Source: an uncultured Porphyromonadaceae bacterium
GTDB lineage: Bacteria > Bacteroidota > Bacteroidia > Bacteroidales > Muribaculaceae
Reading direction: 5' to 3'
NCBI GenBank assembly: GCA_946553045.1
Contig: CAMNRO010000009.1
Coordinates: 3,145-67,144 of the forward strand
Length of the DNA stretch: 64,000 nt
Position 1 is the stretch's first letter. Each line of letters begins with the position of its first letter. Below the pieces are notes generated by a model, which saw nothing but the letters and a program-made list of their open reading frames with translations, searched no databases and was not told where the DNA came from. Below, one piece after another: positions 20,078-29,189 of this stretch. Position numbers and translations under genes: made by a program.

Positions 20078-20620
20078 ATGAAAACAAAACTTCTGATTCT
20101 ACTGCTGACCCTTTGCTCATTTGCAGCACAGGCGCGTGAGCCTCAGCAGGGTTACCGCGGATTTGCCGACTTCGACCTATATTACTTCAACCAAAAGACC
20201 CCCTGGTACTCCAAATCCGACTATCTCTACCTCAGCTTATCGACCTCACACGGCTACCAGTTCAATCCGCACCTCTATATAGGTGCCGGATTCACATTCG
20301 GAGGCGACAGCATGCTTCCATTTTATGTAAACGCCCGCACCGACTGGAAATTCGGCAAATTCACACCCTTCGGCGACGTCAAACTCGGCTACAACATCAC
20401 GGGAGGAGGCGGTGTCTTCTTCTCGCCCTCTGTAGGCTACCGTTTCAGCTGGGGTCGCAAAGTCGGCATAAATCTCGGAATCGGCCTGACCGTCAAAGGA
20501 TATCAGACCGAAGTCTATGAAATCATCAAGAACCCCGACGGCTATAATATTTTAGAATACATCGGCATGGAACGCCGGAACCGGTCGTACCTCACAATCC
20601 GTTTAGGCTTAGATTTTTAA
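20078..20620 (+). CDS. Small outer-membrane beta-barrel protein (hypothetical)
   Basis: Signal peptide MKTKLLILLLTLCSFAAQA, Gly/aromatic-rich alternating strands, and a C-terminal ...RLGLDF. Confidence 0.55.
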   Translation: MKTKLLILLLTLCSFAAQAREPQQGYRGFADFDLYYFNQKTPWYSKSDYLYLSLSTSHGYQFNPHLYIGAGFTFGGDSMLPFYVNARTDWKFGKFTPFGDVKLGYNITGGGGVFFSPSVGYRFSWGRKVGINLGIGLTVKGYQTEVYEIIKNPDGYNILEYIGMERRNRSYLTIRLGLDF

Positions 20621-20645
20621 AGGTTGTAAAAAAACATCTTAAACA

Positions 20646-21089
20646 ATGGAACACGACAAAGAAATAACAGCCGTAGCACAGCGCTACCGCAGCGGCGCAT
20701 TCTCGGTCAAAGAAGGCTGGCAACGTCTCGGCCTTGGCTCCGCACCCTGGTGGTCGGCAAAAAAGATAGCCGCGGCAGCAGCTATAGCAGTTGTCGTCAG
20801 CGCGACTGCCGGAATATTCATACACAACAGCCTGCAAGAACCGGCCCCGACCGAAATTACACCTTCAGGACCGACAGCACCGCGCTACGCCGTCCGTGCA
20901 ATCGACTTCGAAGACGCTCCCCTCCCCCTCGTTCTCGAAACTATCAAGGAAACATATGGTGTCGAAATCGTCAACATTCCCGACAATGCCGATACCTTTA
21001 AACTCACACTTCACTACGAAGGAAACGCCGACGACCTCGTCGAAACCATCAACGACATTTTCGGCACAGAAATAGCCATTAAGGAATGA
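20646..21089 (+). CDS. Short single-pass anti-sigma-like protein (FecR C-terminal/DUF4974-like only)
   Basis: 147 aa: about 38 cytoplasmic residues, TM segment KKIAAAAAIAVVVSATAGIFI, then LPLVLETIKETYGVEIVNIP...LTLHYEG. ATGA overlap with the downstream TonB receptor gene. Confidence 0.6.
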   Translation: MEHDKEITAVAQRYRSGAFSVKEGWQRLGLGSAPWWSAKKIAAAAAIAVVVSATAGIFIHNSLQEPAPTEITPSGPTAPRYAVRAIDFEDAPLPLVLETIKETYGVEIVNIPDNADTFKLTLHYEGNADDLVETINDIFGTEIAIKE

Positions 21090-23482
21090 TACGCATAGCC
21101 CTACTGATAACTGCAATCTGTATTTCCATATCCGTCGCCGCCCAGAGAGTGACAATCGACGCTAGCGACCGCCCTGCCGCCGAGGTTTTCGGCGAAATAA
21201 TGGGCCAGACTGGCAAAAACTTCGTGTACTCGTCTGATATTCTCAAAAATGTAAACGTCACCGTAAAGGCCAAAAACCGCCCGCTCAAACATGTGTTGGC
21301 CGACATGTTCCGCGACACCGACATCACTTTCAAAATCCGCAAGAAAGATGTGATTCTGAAACGTCGCAAGCGCAAACGCCGCACAATGGTCGAAGTGCTG
21401 CACTCTACTGCTGAAATAACAGGCGAAAAACCCGACAAAAACATGCTCGACGAGATAATAGTTGTCTCGCGCCTTGAGGCTCCGGCAGTCGAGACGTCGG
21501 AAGTAGGAGCCAAAAAACTGACAGCTAAAGAAATAAAAAACACGCCCGTATTGTTTGGCGAAACAGACGTCATCAAAGCGCTCCATCTGCAGCCCGGCGT
21601 CACTGAAAGCACCGAAGGCATGGCCGGCATGAATGTGCACGGCGGAGACTCCGACCAGAACCTCTACATGCTCGACAATGTGCCTCTCTACCAGGTGAAT
21701 CACTTCGCCGGACTCTTCTCGGCATTCAACGCCGATGCCGTGCGCTATATCGACTTCTTCAAATCGTCGATTCCGGCCAAATACGACGGCCGCCTGTCGT
21801 CGTTCCTCGACGTGCGCACCAAAAACGGCTCGACCGAAGGCTTTGGCGGCTCTGCAAGGCTCGGCCTGACCTCAGGCGCAGTCAATCTCGAAGGCCCGAT
21901 AGGCAATAAGACAAGCTATTCGGTTGCCTTGCGGCGCTCCTGGTACGATGTTCTGTCTATTCCTCTTCTGGCCTTAGTCAACTCTCAGAACAACAGCGAC
22001 AAAATAAATTTACACTACTATTTCACCGATTTAAACGCCAAACTGCACCATCGGTTCACCGACCGCACATCGGGCTACCTGAGCGTCTACTTCGGTAACG
22101 ACTACCTAAAGACCGGCGACAAGGACGCCGACGGCGACTACGAAGAAAACGTAGGTCTGCACTGGGGCAATTTCGTGGCACAGGCAGGCGCAAACCATCG
22201 CATAAACCAGAATCTTACAGCTGAATTCACTGCCGCATATACCCGCTTTTTCTCCAGCATGAAGCACGACGAATATACCGTATATTCCGATGCCTCAGAT
22301 GTAATAACGGAGAAACAGTATCTGAAAATGGAAACCAAAAACAATGTGAACGACTGGATTGCCCGCGCCGATTTCGACTGGAACGCTACTGATAATTCGC
22401 ATGTGCGCTTCGGAGCCGGATATACACTGCACTCTTTCCTGCCGGAAAGGACTTCGCGCGAGAATACCAACAACGACGAAACAGTCATAGCGCGCGATTC
22501 CACATGGACCTACCATGCAAGCGAAATCAACGCTTACATCGAAGACGACTGGCGAATCAGCGACCGCTGGCGTGCCAACGGCGGACTCCACACATCATTC
22601 TTTCATATCGACGGTAAAAGCCACTTCGGCATCTCGCCCCGCTTGTCGGTGAGCTACCGGGCATCCGACAGCTGGGCTTTCAAAGCGGCATTCAGCCGCA
22701 CAACCCAGTATGTGCACCAGCTCACCCAGAGCTACCTCGCTCTGCCCACCGACCAGTGGATACCGATAACGGGTCGATTCAAGCCCCAGACCGCCGACAA
22801 AGTATCTGTCGGGGCATACTGGCAGTCGCCCGACCGAAAATTCGAAGTCTCTGTCGAAGGCTACTACAAAGACATGCGCAATCTCATCGAATACCGCGAC
22901 GAATACTACCTCCGGCCCCCGCTCGAAATGTGGAATGCACGCCTTTGCTCAGGCAAGGGCACGGCAAAAGGTATTGATTTCAAAGTCGAAAAGACCATCG
23001 GACGATTCACCGGCCACATTGCCTATAGCCTCGCATGGGCCGACCGCACTTTCAAAGACAAAAACGGCGGCCGCACCTATCCTGCCCGTTTCGACAACCG
23101 ACACACCATCAACATACTGCTAAACTGGAATATCAGCTCGAAAGTGAGTCTGAACGCCGCCTGGACGGGGCATTCCGGCAACCGCTTCACCTTTATGCCG
23201 CAAAACTGGGAAGACCCCGATTTTACCTTCGATTTTTCAAGTGACCATAACAATCTGCGGGCTCCGCTCAACAATTATCAGCTGCCATTCTACCACCGGC
23301 TCGATTTATCGTGCTCCGTTGCCAACAGCCGCGGCTACTGGACATTCAGCCTCTACAATGCTTACAACCACCACAATACCATTGCCATTCGCCGCGATAC
23401 CGACAAATCCGGCCTCCCTGTTTTCCAGAAAATAAGCCTTTTACCGATAATCCCCTCAATTGCATACACATGGCTCTTCTAA
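21086..23482 (+). CDS. TonB-dependent receptor with N-terminal STN signalling domain (transducer type)
   Basis: STN-like N-terminus (RPAAEVFGEIMGQTGKNFVYSSD...VKAKNRPLKHVL), plug (TPVLFGETDVIKALHLQPGV, DQNLYMLDNVPLY), and a barrel ending IAYTWLF. Confidence 0.85.
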   Translation: MIRIALLITAICISISVAAQRVTIDASDRPAAEVFGEIMGQTGKNFVYSSDILKNVNVTVKAKNRPLKHVLADMFRDTDITFKIRKKDVILKRRKRKRRTMVEVLHSTAEITGEKPDKNMLDEIIVVSRLEAPAVETSEVGAKKLTAKEIKNTPVLFGETDVIKALHLQPGVTESTEGMAGMNVHGGDSDQNLYMLDNVPLYQVNHFAGLFSAFNADAVRYIDFFKSSIPAKYDGRLSSFLDVRTKNGSTEGFGGSARLGLTSGAVNLEGPIGNKTSYSVALRRSWYDVLSIPLLALVNSQNNSDKINLHYYFTDLNAKLHHRFTDRTSGYLSVYFGNDYLKTGDKDADGDYEENVGLHWGNFVAQAGANHRINQNLTAEFTAAYTRFFSSMKHDEYTVYSDASDVITEKQYLKMETKNNVNDWIARADFDWNATDNSHVRFGAGYTLHSFLPERTSRENTNNDETVIARDSTWTYHASEINAYIEDDWRISDRWRANGGLHTSFFHIDGKSHFGISPRLSVSYRASDSWAFKAAFSRTTQYVHQLTQSYLALPTDQWIPITGRFKPQTADKVSVGAYWQSPDRKFEVSVEGYYKDMRNLIEYRDEYYLRPPLEMWNARLCSGKGTAKGIDFKVEKTIGRFTGHIAYSLAWADRTFKDKNGGRTYPARFDNRHTINILLNWNISSKVSLNAAWTGHSGNRFTFMPQNWEDPDFTFDFSSDHNNLRAPLNNYQLPFYHRLDLSCSVANSRGYWTFSLYNAYNHHNTIAIRRDTDKSGLPVFQKISLLPIIPSIAYTWLF

Positions 23483-24471
23483 GAAAAATAATACCCGGCC
23501 TCCTCGCCCTTGCGCTCACTGCCTGCTACGAAGATTTCACCCCAAAAACAGACACCAGACCGGTACTGTGCATGAACTCGCTCATAACAGCAGGCGAGCC
23601 TATAGAAGTGAGCGTGACCCGCACATGGGTCTACACCGATATCTCCGCCGAGCGCGACCACAGCGTCAAAGACGCCAAAGTATCCATCTATGTCAACGGA
23701 GAACTCTGCGACGCCTCGTATATTCCGAAAGAAGGCGACCGCATACGTCTCGTGGCAGAAAGCCCGGGATTCGACCCCGCCGAAGCCGAAGTGACGGTAC
23801 CCTTAGCCGTGCCCTTCTCCTCGGTCAAATGCGAACCGACTATTTCATCTTACTGGTCTGACGACAGTAACGAAATGGCCAACTTCTCTATCAGATTCAA
23901 TACTTTGTTTACCCTCACAATCAGCGACATGCCCGACGCTGTCAATTATTATCGCTTTTCATACAAAAATTTCTACGAGAATTATGGCGACCTGGAAAGC
24001 TCATTCAATTACTTCACGCCCGGTTATTTCAGCTACGAGTCCGAACCAATTTTCAGCGAACACATAGGCGTTTTCGAGTCCGTGATGGGATGCACGGCAT
24101 GGGGATTCGAGTTTTTCACCGACCGCCAGTTCTCAGGCAAGGACTACACCATGCATATCTTGTTCACCGACGCAGACTATACCATGACCCTGCCCGATTT
24201 CGACGAATCCTACCTCGACTGCGGATATACCCTCACGCTCAGCAGCGTCTCCGAAAGCTTCTACAACTACGCCAACTACAAATGGCAGCTGAGAGACGGT
24301 TTTATCTACGACATGAGCGATATCGGCCTCTCCGACCCGATACAGGGATACAGCAACGTCTCTACCGGCGCCGGAATAGTCGCCGCCCAGACACCCACAT
24401 CATATACAATCAATCTGAAAGATTTTCTGAAAAATTGGCTTGAAGAAAATCAACAAAACAATAGACCATAA
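23470..24471 (+). CDS. DUF4249-like lipoprotein (usual partner of this TonB receptor class)
   Basis: Lipobox LALTAC, N-terminal PVLCMNSLITAGEPIEVSVTRTW, and an overlap with the receptor gene end. Confidence 0.6.
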   Translation: MALLRKIIPGLLALALTACYEDFTPKTDTRPVLCMNSLITAGEPIEVSVTRTWVYTDISAERDHSVKDAKVSIYVNGELCDASYIPKEGDRIRLVAESPGFDPAEAEVTVPLAVPFSSVKCEPTISSYWSDDSNEMANFSIRFNTLFTLTISDMPDAVNYYRFSYKNFYENYGDLESSFNYFTPGYFSYESEPIFSEHIGVFESVMGCTAWGFEFFTDRQFSGKDYTMHILFTDADYTMTLPDFDESYLDCGYTLTLSSVSESFYNYANYKWQLRDGFIYDMSDIGLSDPIQGYSNVSTGAGIVAAQTPTSYTINLKDFLKNWLEENQQNNRP

Positions 24472-24899
24472 TGAATAAATCAGTTCTTTCCATCGTCGCA
24501 CTATTCTCGGCTATAAGCTTAAACTCCTGCAAAGAAGACGAACAAGTCTATATCGACTGGAGCATCACCACTCCTGCTCCGGAAGAATTCAACATACTCA
24601 ATGCTCACGGCTTCCATCCCGAGCTCATCATCAATACATCGGCAAAAAGCGGCAGTGTGACTCTCGAAAGCTCCAATGCCCGCGATGTGTGCATTGAATA
24701 TACTGCCGACAGATATGTCAGCTCCGAGATGGGCTACACCATAAGCAAAACCGGCGACAACACCCTCTTGATAGAATTCGAAGCCATCGACAATCTCACT
24801 GAAACCCTGAACGAGACCATGCTCCTCACCGCTAAAATAGGCTCGAAGACCGTAGGCTGCCCCACTTTGATAACCCGCAGTCCGGAAGAACCGATATGA
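24471..24899 (+). CDS. Small hypothetical lipoprotein
   Basis: Lipobox ISLNSC. TAATG overlap with the upstream gene, and ATGA overlap with the next gene. Confidence 0.55.
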   Translation: MNKSVLSIVALFSAISLNSCKEDEQVYIDWSITTPAPEEFNILNAHGFHPELIINTSAKSGSVTLESSNARDVCIEYTADRYVSSEMGYTISKTGDNTLLIEFEAIDNLTETLNETMLLTAKIGSKTVGCPTLITRSPEEPI

Positions 24900-25342
24900 A
24901 GTACCTGATTTATTTTTTCATAGTCATCGCCCTTGCCGGCTGCAAAGAAGAGGACGCCGCTCTGCGTTTTACGCAAATCACCAATTCAAACCCGGCAGGA
25001 ATCATAGTCGATTATTTTTCTCCCGACCCTTTGCACTGCGCTAAGTCCTACGAAATCAGAGCCAACGCCCAAGGTGGCAGACTGGTTCTAAAGTGCACAA
25101 ACCATGACGATATAATTGTTGTGGAAAGCTCTCTTGCAGGCGGCACATACACCGACATCGATGGAGCATACAGCGTAAGCTACGCTAAAAACGAAATCAC
25201 TATAGTATTCTCCAGAAAGACTGAAACAGATGCCGACACAAAAGCATATTACAGTCACATCAATATCATCGGCGCCGAAGACCGGGGCGACTTACAGACC
25301 AACATTACCATAATCCGCCTTTTCGACGACATCGAGCCATAG
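24896..25342 (+). CDS. Small hypothetical lipoprotein
   Basis: Lipobox ALAGC. Size and beta-rich pattern resemble the preceding ORF. Confidence 0.55.
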   Translation: MKYLIYFFIVIALAGCKEEDAALRFTQITNSNPAGIIVDYFSPDPLHCAKSYEIRANAQGGRLVLKCTNHDDIIVVESSLAGGTYTDIDGAYSVSYAKNEITIVFSRKTETDADTKAYYSHINIIGAEDRGDLQTNITIIRLFDDIEP

Positions 25343-25385
25343 CAGCGTACCAGAATCACTGTTTTTCCCTGCAAAATTATTTTTG

Positions 25386-25393
25386 TAATTTTG
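25386..25393 (+). promoter_or_regulatory. TAnnTTTG -7 motif upstream of the MFS gene
   Basis: TAATTTTG lies 17 nt before the ATG. A second copy, TATTTTTG, is directly adjacent at 25378..25385. Confidence 0.45.
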
Positions 25394-25410
25394 CGGGGTT
25401 TTTCAATATT

Positions 25411-26628
25411 ATGAGCAGTATAGTTTCTAAACTCAAGGTAATTTCGCGGGAATCGACATTCCCGGTTCTGATTGCTCTTTGTTCGGTGCACTGCTTCAAC
25501 GACCTTCTGCAGTCGGTCGTTTCGGCAGTCTATCCAATGCTCAAAGAGGATCTTTCGCTTTCATTCGGCCAGATAGGCCTTATCACCCTCGTATATCAGA
25601 TAGCTGCGTCTGTCTTCCAGCCTGTCGTAGGTCTCGCTTTCGACCGCAGGCCCTTTGCCGGCAGTCTGCCCCTCGGCATGGTCTTCACTACAGCCGGCAT
25701 AGCGCTGTTCGCCTATGCCATGTCGCTGCCGATGGTGCTGGTGGCCGTCTTTCTGGTTGGCGTCGGCTCGTCGACACTTCACCCCGAGGCTTCGCGCATA
25801 ACGTCGCTCGCCAGCCACGGGCGCCGCGGTCTGGCGCAGTCGATATTCCAGGTCGGCGGTAACTTCGGAACCTCGATAGGCCCGCTTGCCGTAGCCATTG
25901 TCGTGGCGCCCAACGGACGCCGCTATGTAGCCCTGTTCCTCATTGTAGCCGCCATGGCATTCTACGCCATGCGCACCATCTGCCGCTGGTACTCAGGCTA
26001 TCTCGCCGAAACCTCGGGCAGCAGAGGCAAGGCTGCCGCCCACCGCAAGGCACCCCTGTCGACAGGCCGCACGGTGTTCACCATCAGCGTGCTTATGGTG
26101 CTGATATTCTCGAAATACATCTACATGGCGAGCCTCACGAACTACTACACCTTCTACGTCATCGAGCGCTTCGGCGTGTCTATCAGCACATCGCAGATAC
26201 TGCTCTTCGTGTTCCTTGTAGCAACGGCGGCCGGAACACTTGCCGGAGGCCCCATCGGCGACCGCTATGGCCGCAAGCCCGTTATCTGGGCGTCGATACT
26301 CGGCACTGCGCCCTTCAGCCTCCTGCTGCCGCACTGCGGCCTGGCGGCAACTGTGGTTCTGAGCTTCTGCGCCGGCTTCATGCTCTCGTCGGCATTCCCG
26401 GCCATACTCCTCTACTCGCAGGAACTCCTGCCCAATAAACTCGGACTTGTGTCGGGTCTCTTCTTCGGCTTCGCATTCGGTGTGGCCGGCGTCGCCTCAG
26501 CCGTCCTCGGCGAATTTGCCGACACCTACGGCATCGACGCCATCTTCCGCTTCTGCGCCTACATGCCCCTCATAGGCCTCGTAGCCTGCCTCCTGCCCAA
26601 CCTCAACAATAGGAGGTTAGGAGATTAA
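25411..26628 (+). CDS. MFS transporter, FSR (fosmidomycin-resistance-like) family
   Basis: 12-TM pattern and an N-terminal HCFNDLLQSVVSAVYPMLKEDL motif. The last 5 codons (RRLGD) are encoded by the downstream repeat element. Confidence 0.8.
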   Translation: MSSIVSKLKVISRESTFPVLIALCSVHCFNDLLQSVVSAVYPMLKEDLSLSFGQIGLITLVYQIAASVFQPVVGLAFDRRPFAGSLPLGMVFTTAGIALFAYAMSLPMVLVAVFLVGVGSSTLHPEASRITSLASHGRRGLAQSIFQVGGNFGTSIGPLAVAIVVAPNGRRYVALFLIVAAMAFYAMRTICRWYSGYLAETSGSRGKAAAHRKAPLSTGRTVFTISVLMVLIFSKYIYMASLTNYYTFYVIERFGVSISTSQILLFVFLVATAAGTLAGGPIGDRYGRKPVIWASILGTAPFSLLLPHCGLAATVVLSFCAGFMLSSAFPAILLYSQELLPNKLGLVSGLFFGFAFGVAGVASAVLGEFADTYGIDAIFRFCAYMPLIGLVACLLPNLNNRRLGD

Positions 26629-26808
26629 GAGGTTAAGAAATCAGGAGGTTAGGAGGTATGGTTAAATTATCATCTCAGTTTCCAGCCTCTTAACCTCCTA
26701 TCTTCATAATCTTCCAACCTTATTACTGCCCAATAAAATAGGAGATTAGGACCTGTAGTTGACACTACTTCCTAATCTCCTAATTTCTTAACCTCCTAAC
26801 TTCCTAAT
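26611..26808. repeat. Composite inverted-repeat element built from AGGAG(G/A)TTAGG / CCTAA(C/T)CTCCT units (outer stem plus two internal hairpins)
   Basis: Stem 26643..26656 pairs with 26686..26699 (14 bp including 1 G.U). Stem 26739..26751 pairs with 26770..26782 (13 bp). The outer pairing is about 26624..26646 with about 26776..26798. The element fills the gap between the convergent MFS and GH36 genes. Confidence 0.7.
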
Positions 26809-29021
26809 CAAAGTGCTTGCTCCAGGAGGAGGACGCGGCTGGCGTAGTCGTTGCGCTTGTGGTAGTCAACGTTGTGGTCGAGGGGCATTTCGAGACCGTT
26901 AGACATCAGATAGCGGCCCGAGAACACTTTGCCTTCATACGACAAGGGGTTGTTGTCGATACGGTTAAGCTCGGTCACACGGTAATTTTTGTCGGGGTCG
27001 AGACCGGCCATAGGCACGCGGGGCAGCTGCTGGTTAACGAAAGTCTCGGTCTTCCACCAATAGTAAACGGCCTTGTCCTTTTCGGGCGACACATACATCA
27101 TCGATGCGGCGCCCTTGCGGTCGTATGGCGACAGAAGACGATAGATATCGCCCTGCTGCACGACAGGCCTGATCGACTTATACTGCTCTATGGCGTTCTT
27201 GCACAGCGTCTTTTCATCTTCAGTCATATTCTTGGGCTGAATCTCCATGCCGAGGCGTCCGCTCATAGCCACATCGATACGATATTTGAGAGGTATTGTG
27301 CGGAATGTCTGATGATTGGGGGCGGCGCTGATGTGCGAGCCCATGATAACGGCCGGGAAGAAGTGGCTTGTGCCCCACTGCATGTACACGCGCTGCAGAG
27401 CGTCGGTATTGTCGCTCACCCAGATTTCGTCGAACCAGGGCAGCAGGCCATAGTTGGCGCGGCCGCCACCGCTTGCGCATGCCTGGATAGTCACTTCGGG
27501 ATACTTGGCGCGGATACGCTCGAGAGTCTTCTCAAGACCGCGGTGGTACTCTATGAAGAGGTGCGACTGATTGTCGGCCGTAAGATACTGCGAACCGTGG
27601 TTCATCACAGGCGCATTGGCATCCCACTTGATATAATCGATTTCAGGATAGTTTGTAAGAAGAGTGTCAACAATATGGAACACTATATCCTGCACCTTCG
27701 GGTTGGCGAGGTCGAGCACCAGCTGTGTGCCTCCGCGACCCTGCACCGGTTGGCGGTTTGTGGGCTTGATTATATATTCTGGGTGCTGTTCGTAGAGCTC
27801 GCTCTTGGAGTTTGTCATTTCGGGCTCAATCCATATACCGAACTTCACGCCGGCCTTCTTGGCCGAATCAAGCAGACCGCCGATACCCTTGGGAAGTTTG
27901 GTAGTGTCTACAGTCCAGTCGCCGAGAGCATACGAATCGTTGTTGCGCTTATACTTTTCGCCGAACCAGCCGTCGTCCATCACGAAGAGCTCGCCGCCCA
28001 TCGAGGCGATATCGGCCATCATGTCGGCCATACCCTGCTCGTTGATATCAAAATACACGCCCTCCCAGCTGTTGAGAAGCACCTTGCGGAGCTGCTCGCC
28101 GTGAGCAATCTTATATTTTCGCGCCCAGCGGTGGAAATTGCGGCTCACGCCGCCCTTGCCTTCATCGGAATATGTAAGCGCAAGAGCCGGAGTAGCGAAA
28201 GCCTGGCCTTTGGCAAGCCTATAGGCCGAATTATCCTCATTGATGCCGGCAAAGAAATGATGAAAGTTTGAATCGTCTGTATCAACCCGCAGGCGGTAGT
28301 TGCCACCGTAGCAGAGAGCGGCGCCTATGGTCCGTCCGCTATTCTCCGAGGGCACACCGTCGAGCGAGAACATCACATTAGGCTGCGCGGTGTGAGTGTT
28401 GCGCACGCCGTCCTTGTTCTTTATCACCTTCATGCCGTGAACAAGAGGTGCTTCTTCCACCTTGCTCTCGTTGGCCCACGAGCCGTAGAACGAGGTCATG
28501 TGCACATTGCCGTAGCGAATAGGCAGATAGGCCGAGGCAAACTCACTGAGAGTCACAGCAGCCTTGCCGCGGTTCACGGCTTCGGCCCATGTCTCGATGA
28601 CATCGGAGCCATTATACGTACGATAATATATATTGACATCGAACGGATAGTGCTTATCGGTCATCTTCACTATGGTCTCCTCGCCGTTGTCGGTATTCTT
28701 CCGCTCAACGCCGGTCACGGCCATATCGAGAGTCATATTTCCGTCGGGGTGAGTGACGCTCATGGCGGTCTCGCGATGCGAGGTCATGCCATACACAGGA
28801 TAGGCATCGAGAGGGGTCGAGGCCGATTCGGCAACACCCGCCACATCGGAAGCCGGCAGTTTCTCACCATAATAAAGGAATCGGAGCGGCGCGCCGTCGG
28901 TGGCATCGAGCAAAATAGTGGTGTTCGCGGTTGATACATTCACTATTTCAGCACTGGCCGCAAAGCCTGCAAACACAAAAAGTGCCGAGGCTGCAAGTCT
29001 GGTACAGGATTTTTGGTTCAT
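26808..29021 (-). CDS. Alpha-galactosidase, glycoside hydrolase family 36
   Basis: Motifs FVMDDGWFG, KFGIWIEPEM and IDYIKWDAN. A signal peptide is present. Confidence 0.9.
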   Translation of the reverse strand: MNQKSCTRLAASALFVFAGFAASAEIVNVSTANTTILLDATDGAPLRFLYYGEKLPASDVAGVAESASTPLDAYPVYGMTSHRETAMSVTHPDGNMTLDMAVTGVERKNTDNGEETIVKMTDKHYPFDVNIYYRTYNGSDVIETWAEAVNRGKAAVTLSEFASAYLPIRYGNVHMTSFYGSWANESKVEEAPLVHGMKVIKNKDGVRNTHTAQPNVMFSLDGVPSENSGRTIGAALCYGGNYRLRVDTDDSNFHHFFAGINEDNSAYRLAKGQAFATPALALTYSDEGKGGVSRNFHRWARKYKIAHGEQLRKVLLNSWEGVYFDINEQGMADMMADIASMGGELFVMDDGWFGEKYKRNNDSYALGDWTVDTTKLPKGIGGLLDSAKKAGVKFGIWIEPEMTNSKSELYEQHPEYIIKPTNRQPVQGRGGTQLVLDLANPKVQDIVFHIVDTLLTNYPEIDYIKWDANAPVMNHGSQYLTADNQSHLFIEYHRGLEKTLERIRAKYPEVTIQACASGGGRANYGLLPWFDEIWVSDNTDALQRVYMQWGTSHFFPAVIMGSHISAAPNHQTFRTIPLKYRIDVAMSGRLGMEIQPKNMTEDEKTLCKNAIEQYKSIRPVVQQGDIYRLLSPYDRKGAASMMYVSPEKDKAVYYWWKTETFVNQQLPRVPMAGLDPDKNYRVTELNRIDNNPLSYEGKVFSGRYLMSNGLEMPLDHNVDYHKRNDYASRVLLLEQAL

Positions 29022-29058
29022 TAATCGCTATAAAGATTGGTATTTATATTTACAACGG

Positions 29059-29066
29059 CAAAAATA
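29059..29066 (-). promoter_or_regulatory. TAnnTTTG -7 motif for the GH36 gene (minus strand)
   Basis: Plus-strand caaaaata equals TATTTTTG on the minus strand, 37 nt upstream of the ATG. Confidence 0.4.
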
Positions 29067-29162
29067 ACTTTTATTTTCCATAATATCTAATTAAATAGGA
29101 TTTAAGACCATCAATGGTCAAAAAAGTACAACCTCAGAAAGTAAATACCAAAATATTTATTG

Positions 29163-29170
29163 TATATTTG
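29163..29170 (+). promoter_or_regulatory. TAnnTTTG -7 motif for the AraC-family regulator
   Basis: TATATTTG lies 19 nt upstream of the ATG at 29190. Confidence 0.45.
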
Positions 29171-29189
29171 CGGCAACCTTACCAATATC

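Noticed and set aside
26651-26693. AGGAGG followed by ATG (26658), encoding an 11-codon mini-ORF (MVKLSSQFPAS).
   Set aside because: The SD-like string directly abuts the ATG, the ORF lies in the hairpin loop, and Bacteroidota do not depend on SD sequences. It is most likely a by-product of the repeat.
26611-26808. The short repeats here (and at 30072..30157 and 44530..44617) considered as a CRISPR array.
   Set aside because: The units are only 6-12 nt, are contiguous or inverted with no unique spacers, and no cas genes are present. I therefore do not consider this a CRISPR array.
26817-28271. A 484-aa plus-strand ORF overlapping the GH36 gene.
   Set aside because: The minus frame contains the GH36 signatures (MDDGWFG, GIWIEPEM, YIKWDAN), and the plus-frame product has no family features.
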